Source: an uncultured Desulfurococcales archaeon (lineage in GTDB: Archaea; Thermoproteota; Thermoprotei_A; EX4484-217-1). Taken from it: a stretch of DNA of 64,000 nucleotides. Positions 59,514 through 64,000 of this stretch are shown one piece after another (position 1 is the stretch's first letter; the number at the start of each line of letters is the position of its first letter). The stretch lies in the NCBI GenBank assembly GCA_964406965.1, contig CAYOTT010000005.1, forward strand, positions 54,878-118,877, written 5' to 3'. The position numbers and the translations under genes are program-made. The notes under the pieces were generated by a model that was not told the DNA's origin, did not search any database, and saw nothing but the letters and a program-made list of their open reading frames with translations.

Positions 59514-60269
59514 TTGAAGAACATAGCTGGAATAATTAGGTTAATAGGTTACGTTCTAGCACTACTCATCTTTGCCGTATTACTATTGGAACTTTATTTA
59601 TTCTCCATAGATTTAAGTCCTACAAATTTTTCAGTAAAGATAGCTAATGTGAAATGTCTAGCTAAAGAAGAACAAGCCGAAATAAACATTAGAATAAGTT
59701 ATAACGGCACGCACCCTCTAAATGACTTCAGGGCATTACTTGAGATTAGGAAAGGTGAAGAAAAATTCATTATAAAGAGTAAGGCTATAAACTTAGTTCA
59801 TGGATCAGTAACCACATTAACAATACCTATTTCTTCAGAAGATTTAAGAATTATTGAAGAAATGTTATTAGAAAATGCCACACTGTTCTTGGGCTTTGAA
59901 TTTAAATACAACAAAATATTACCTTTAAGAATAGCTTATAATCAAACGTACAAGATATTTGTTCCACAAATAGAGCCTTATGAGTTAAAATATTACATAA
60001 ATAATTCCCAGTACGATGTAATACTATATGCTATAATAGTTAATCCTTTGCCCTATAATTTAAATGTTAAAGCTGTTCTTACAATAAATAATTTTTCTAA
60101 ATTTACTAGTTTAAGGCTTAAAGCTTGTGAAAGCATGACACTAAAGATGCCAACAATAACATTATCTAAAGGAATTATTGAAATAGGTGCGAATTGTACA
60201 TTAAAATTACTAATGAATGATAGTGTTGTTGATAAAAGTACTTTTGAATGTGGGATTCCAGGTGACTAA
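59514..60269 (+). CDS. membrane-anchored extracellular protein (N-terminal TM, N-glycosylation sequons)
   Basis: 251 aa, one N-terminal TM helix, then a beta-rich ectodomain with many NxS/T motifs. Confidence 0.4.
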   Translation: MKNIAGIIRLIGYVLALLIFAVLLLELYLFSIDLSPTNFSVKIANVKCLAKEEQAEINIRISYNGTHPLNDFRALLEIRKGEEKFIIKSKAINLVHGSVTTLTIPISSEDLRIIEEMLLENATLFLGFEFKYNKILPLRIAYNQTYKIFVPQIEPYELKYYINNSQYDVILYAIIVNPLPYNLNVKAVLTINNFSKFTSLRLKACESMTLKMPTITLSKGIIEIGANCTLKLLMNDSVVDKSTFECGIPGD

Positions 60270-60270
60270 A

Positions 60271-60738
60271 GTGGTTTGGAAAACTATTGTTAAGGGCGCT
60301 ATAAAAGGAGCTTTTTCAACATTCATAACAATAATCATTCCATTATGGATTATAGGGAGTATTGGAAGAATTTTCGAAGAAGCTATTCAGCAAAGTTTTG
60401 AAGTGCAACAGATTACAATTGGAGGTTACGAGTTAGAGAAATACTTCGTGCTCATAATATTTATATCCTTAATCATAGGGGTTCTTGAGGAAAGTAAAGA
60501 TTGGAGAATTTTAGGTAGGTCATTGCATATAGCATTATTTGTTTTCAGCTTTCTACTAATATACATGATACTTCAAGGTGGAATGTTTAGCAGGGAAATT
60601 GTTGTAGGAAAACAAATAATTGTTATTTCAATAGATTTAAGATTACCACTATATGCCTATGGTTTCCTTATAGTTTTCCCTTCAGTTACATCCTCGTTAA
60701 TTGATATGCTATCTAGTATTAGTAGTACTTCAGAGTAG
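60271..60738 (+). CDS. membrane protein (4 TM)
   Basis: ORF track 60217..60738. The GTG at 60271, just after the upstream stop, is the more plausible start. Confidence 0.35.
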   Translation: MVWKTIVKGAIKGAFSTFITIIIPLWIIGSIGRIFEEAIQQSFEVQQITIGGYELEKYFVLIIFISLIIGVLEESKDWRILGRSLHIALFVFSFLLIYMILQGGMFSREIVVGKQIIVISIDLRLPLYAYGFLIVFPSVTSSLIDMLSSISSTSE

Positions 60739-61662
60739 TAGTGCTAGTAACGCTTTTTGAGTATGCATCCTATTTTCAGCTTGTTCCCAAACTACTGATT
60801 GAGGACCATCAATTACGTCATCTGTTACTTCTAAGCCTCTATGAGCAGGTAAGCAATGCATGAAAATAGCATCGCTCTTAGCATGCCTCATTAACTCGTT
60901 ATTTACCTGGTGCTTTGAGAGTTCCCTTATTCTTTCTTCTTTTTCCCTTTCCTGACCCATGCTAACCCATACATCAGTATAAATTACATCAGCACCTTTA
61001 ACAGCTTCGTAGGGATCTTCAACGAAGTCTATTTGCGCTCCCGAGTGTTTTGCTTCTTCCTCAGCTACTTCAAGAACGTTCTTCGATGGCCTATATTTTT
61101 GAGGAGATGATATAGTGATGTTTACGCCAAGTTTTGCTGAAGCAATCAGTAAACTCTGTGCTACATTATTTCCGCCATCACCTAAGAAGACCAATTTTAT
61201 CCCTTTTAACCTACCTTTCTTTTCTAAAACAGTGTACATGTCTGATAATGCTTGTACAGGGTGGAAAGAATCGCTTAAACCATTAATTACTGGTACATTA
61301 GAGTATTTTGCTAACTCCACTAAGTCATTATGTGAATAAACTCTCGCCATAATCCCATCAACATATCTACTTAGAACTCTTGCTGTATCAGCTATGGTTT
61401 CTCCTCTTCCAAGCTGAAGCTCATTCCAGTTAAGAGTTATTGTAAATCCTCCAAGCTGTTTCATAGCCGCTTCAAAACTTACTCTCGTTCTAGTACTAGG
61501 TTTTTGAAATATTAATGCAAGAATCTTACCTTTAAGTACAGGTATTATTCTTTCTCCAGAATAATATCTTTCCTTAAACTGAGCCGTTACTTTAAGAATG
61601 AACTCTAATTCTTCTTTCGAAAAATCACCTAACCATAAGAAATCACGACCCCTTAGGTTCAT
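60730..61662 (-). CDS. argF: ornithine carbamoyltransferase
   Basis: Carbamoyl-phosphate motif STRTR, ornithine-binding HCLPA, 310 aa. Confidence 0.8.
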   Translation of the reverse strand: MNLRGRDFLWLGDFSKEELEFILKVTAQFKERYYSGERIIPVLKGKILALIFQKPSTRTRVSFEAAMKQLGGFTITLNWNELQLGRGETIADTARVLSRYVDGIMARVYSHNDLVELAKYSNVPVINGLSDSFHPVQALSDMYTVLEKKGRLKGIKLVFLGDGGNNVAQSLLIASAKLGVNITISSPQKYRPSKNVLEVAEEEAKHSGAQIDFVEDPYEAVKGADVIYTDVWVSMGQEREKEERIRELSKHQVNNELMRHAKSDAIFMHCLPAHRGLEVTDDVIDGPQSVVWEQAENRMHTQKALLALLL

Positions 61663-61673
61663 GATGAAATCAC

Positions 61674-62522
61674 CTACATTTTCATTTTGGAAATAACGTA
61701 TTCAACTATTTTTTCGGGAACATTAATTCCCGTTGCTTTCATAAAACCTTTAAACTCAGGCACACCGTTAACCTCATTAACCAAGTATCCTCTTTCAGGA
61801 TGCATAAGTAGGTCAACTGAAATTACGCCTCCACCAACAGCTTCCGATGCTTTCAATGAGAGCTCCTCTAAAGTAGAATTGAGCTTCATAGGCTCTACTT
61901 TTCCTCCTCGGGCTACGTTACTTCTCCAGTCACCACTTGTAGCTATTCTCTTAATGCATCCAAGTACTTCATTTCCTACTACAAGACATCTAGTATCACT
62001 GTTAGATGAAGGAACATATTCCTGAATTACATGAACTTTCAGTTGCGTTGAAGGAAGATTTTCTCTATGTTCCGCTACTAAGAGGCCCTCCTTACTACTT
62101 TCAATGAGTGAAACAAGTCTGCCCCAGCTACCTATGGGTGGCTTATCTATTACCGGAAATCCTACAATATTGTATGCTTGCAGCGCTGAATCCGTTGTAA
62201 AGGCGATTACTGTTTCAGGTACTGGAAGTTTCTTTTCAACAAGTTTCTTATATGTTAAAATCTTATCTCCACAAGTAAGTATTGTTTCGCTTTTATTTAT
62301 GGTAGGTATACCGTTAGTTTCGAGAACAACAGCTGTATAAAATGCTCTATACATGCTTACAGGCCTTATTAACGCTATACTGGCTTGCTTTAGGAATCCA
62401 TTGCTAAAGTGTAAAGGATATGTTACAACATTCAGTAAGTGTAGCTTAACGTTTTTCTTCTTAAATTCCTTCACTATTAATTTCTCCTCAAGTCTAACGA
62501 TATCATAGGCTAGAATTATCAT
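61674..62522 (-). CDS. RimK/LysX/ArgX-family ATP-grasp ligase
   Basis: 282-aa ATP-grasp fold (…VIDKPPIGSWGRLV…, …RCLVVGNEVLGCIKRIA…, …NEVNGVPEF) adjacent to argF. Confidence 0.65.
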   Translation of the reverse strand: MIILAYDIVRLEEKLIVKEFKKKNVKLHLLNVVTYPLHFSNGFLKQASIALIRPVSMYRAFYTAVVLETNGIPTINKSETILTCGDKILTYKKLVEKKLPVPETVIAFTTDSALQAYNIVGFPVIDKPPIGSWGRLVSLIESSKEGLLVAEHRENLPSTQLKVHVIQEYVPSSNSDTRCLVVGNEVLGCIKRIATSGDWRSNVARGGKVEPMKLNSTLEELSLKASEAVGGGVISVDLLMHPERGYLVNEVNGVPEFKGFMKATGINVPEKIVEYVISKMKM

Positions 62523-62659
62523 GGCATGGTCACCGATGAGAAGACGTTGTTACTTACTGTTGTAGAAGGCTCATTAGATTCCATGTTTAACTGGCAAGCT
62601 TTCTCTAAGAAATCTTTCTCAACGACTTGGAAGATGCATCCCCAAGCACCGCAAACCAT
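62519..62659 (-). CDS. small Cys-containing ORF (46 aa) overlapping the ATP-grasp start (not in ORF track)
   Basis: MVCGAWGCIFQVVEKDFLEKACQLNMESNEPSTTVSNNVFSSVTMP. Its TGA overlaps the ATG of the ATP-grasp gene (ATGA). It occupies the position where lysW would be expected but lacks the LysW zinc-ribbon pairs and the EDWGE tail. Confidence 0.25.
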   Translation of the reverse strand: MVCGAWGCIFQVVEKDFLEKACQLNMESNEPSTTVSNNVFSSVTMP

Positions 62660-63087
62660 TATGTTTTAGTAAATATTTAAGTATTTCCACCATATTTCAT
62701 AATTAGAAAAAATTTATTTCAATTACGTAGGCAAAGTAGAATATTTTTAAAGATGATGTTTTCTTTAAAAGTTCCTTCAAAAGCTCTTGCCCTTTCTAAA
62801 TGCTTCATTTTGAGAACTGTCTAAGTGTTTTGTAAGTCACACTGTTTCTTTAACACTTTGCTTAATAATTTATTATCATTCTTCTTAATAGCTATTCGAA
62901 AAAAGCTAGGTGTTCAAATCAATTACGGGCTGTGCCATGTTTATTTGAAGGATTATTATTTCTCTCCTCTTAATTTCATGATGATACGCTTAAAATTTGC
63001 GTCACAATTTAAACCTTAAGGTTTAGACTATGTCTGAATACTTAAACTTTTAAATGAAGTAACAGTGATGTTTAAACAGGGGTTTAC

Positions 63088-63489
63088 ATGGGCAGTAAAG
63101 TAGTTTTTACAGCAATGTCTAAGAAGAGATATTATCTTAAGGGTCATGTGGCTAAATTCATTTTTGATAGAGGAAAAATTCCTCTGAATCCATTCCTATG
63201 TTATGACTATTTTCTCCTAGACACTGTTGCTAGAGATAAAATCAGAGAAGCAAACTTTGAGTTAATAAGTAGGTGTGATGAGCTATGGGTTTTCGGTGAA
63301 ATAAGTGATGGTGTTCTTAAAGAGATATTTTTCGCTAAAGAAAAAAAGATTCCAATAAAGTATTTCAAAATAATTGATGAACCACTGGAATTTATAGAGA
63401 TAAACGAGAAAGAAGTAAAATATGAACCTGAGGCTTTAGAATTACTTAGAAGATGGAAAAATGCTGGTAAAAAAGCGAGAATTAGTTGA
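63088..63489 (+). CDS. hypothetical protein
   Basis: 133-aa ORF; no firm family. Confidence 0.4.
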   Translation: MGSKVVFTAMSKKRYYLKGHVAKFIFDRGKIPLNPFLCYDYFLLDTVARDKIREANFELISRCDELWVFGEISDGVLKEIFFAKEKKIPIKYFKIIDEPLEFIEINEKEVKYEPEALELLRRWKNAGKKARIS

Positions 63490-64000
63490 AGCTAAGGAGT
63501 ATTTTAGACTCAATAAAGAATACGTCATATGTGGTACATGTGAAAGAAGATGCCTAGTGGGATCTGGCAAGAAAGGATATTGTGGAAATAAAGCTAATAT
63601 TGATGGGAAACTTTACAATATAGGATATGGTTTATTAAGCGCAATAGAAAGCCGCCCTATAGAAATTAAGCCTCTATTCCATTTCTGGCCCAATAGCACA
63701 GCTCTTACGTTCTCTGGATGGGGATGTAATTTCCACTGTCCTTGGTGTCAGAATTTTCCATTGAGTTTCAATACGCCTAAACCTAATGGAGACTACATGA
63801 TCCCCCCGGAAAAACTTGTTGAAAAAGCATTAGTTAATGGTGATGAGGGTCTTTGCGCCAGCTTTAATGAGCCAACAATACACTTAGAATATCTCGTAGA
63901 CGTATTTCAGAAAGCTCGTGAGCATGGACTTTACAATACTATAGTTAGTAATGGTTTCATGAGTATTTCTTCTCTTAAAGTCTTAAAGGAGGCTGGATTA
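63461..64000 (+). CDS. AmmeMemoRadiSam-system radical SAM enzyme, 3' end cut by window edge
   Basis: Family-typical N-terminus (CGTCERRCLVGSGKKGYCGNKANIDGKLY) and radical SAM motif GWGCNFHCPWCQN. Confidence 0.75.
   Translation, partial: MLVKKRELVEAKEYFRLNKEYVICGTCERRCLVGSGKKGYCGNKANIDGKLYNIGYGLLSAIESRPIEIKPLFHFWPNSTALTFSGWGCNFHCPWCQNFPLSFNTPKPNGDYMIPPEKLVEKALVNGDEGLCASFNEPTIHLEYLVDVFQKAREHGLYNTIVSNGFMSISSLKVLKEAGL

Noticed and set aside
62519-62659. Possible lysW upstream of the LysX/ArgX-like ATP-grasp
   Set aside because: The 46-aa product has no paired CPxCG zinc-ribbon knuckles and no acidic EDWGE C-terminus. It is kept only as an unknown small ORF.
1-64000. CRISPR array or cas operon accompanying the Cas4-family gene
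   Set aside because: No regularly spaced 24-40-nt direct repeats and no Cas1, Cas2 or Cas3-like ORFs anywhere in the window. The only short repeats seen are 8-11-nt duplications in promoters.
1-64000. tRNA or rRNA genes
   Set aside because: No GC-rich 72-90-nt cloverleaf-compatible stretch was noticed in any intergenic region. The only GC-rich island (33505..33575) fits a C/D sRNA better.

Overview
The window is AT-rich (about 35% GC), densely packed with genes and archaeal in character. It most likely comes from a hyperthermophilic crenarchaeon (Thermoprotei/Desulfurococcales-like). The evidence is the K/E/I-rich proteins, an archaeal-type PEP carboxylase, Taw1, NcsA, Dph6, an archaeal pilin and an Mre11-NurA-HerA-Rad50 operon. 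Most of the window is chromosomal housekeeping. That includes the FeoB iron transporter, endonuclease III, a ROK kinase, the Mre11/NurA/HerA/Rad50 DNA end-resection operon, Mo-cofactor accessory genes (MocA-like, XdhC, FdhD), MTA phosphorylase, a PiT phosphate permease with a DUF47 partner, a B12-binding radical SAM, Taw1, class II RNR, TldD/PmbA, the Dph6 diphthine-ammonia ligase, HypA with a MinD-type HypB, PEP carboxylase, argF and an AmmeMemoRadiSam enzyme at the 3' edge. There are also three Kef-type antiporter paralogs, each beside a CBS-domain protein. I found no rRNA or tRNA genes and no CRISPR array. Five loci stand out. The first is an orphan Cas4-family PD-(D/E)xK nuclease with a 4Fe-4S motif that carries a full-length LAGLIDADG intein; the intein is inserted exactly at the first Cys of the C-terminal CxxCx5C motif. 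The second is a four-gene operon hypA, Mrp/MinD-type hypB and two tandem small ParB/Srx-fold proteins. The third is a cluster of three disrupted genes: a TusA-like gene frameshifted at an A5 run, a cystathionine gamma-synthase with stops in all three frames, and an antiporter with an in-frame TAG. The fourth is a GC-rich candidate C/D-box sRNA. The fifth is a set of unannotated small ORFs translationally coupled to larger genes: an RHH protein, a 39-aa TM peptide, a 46-aa Cys-containing peptide upstream of a LysX/ArgX-like ATP-grasp, and a 68-aa protein upstream of nrdJ. A 445-aa hypothetical protein with a clear PD-(D/E)xK core could be a novel nuclease.
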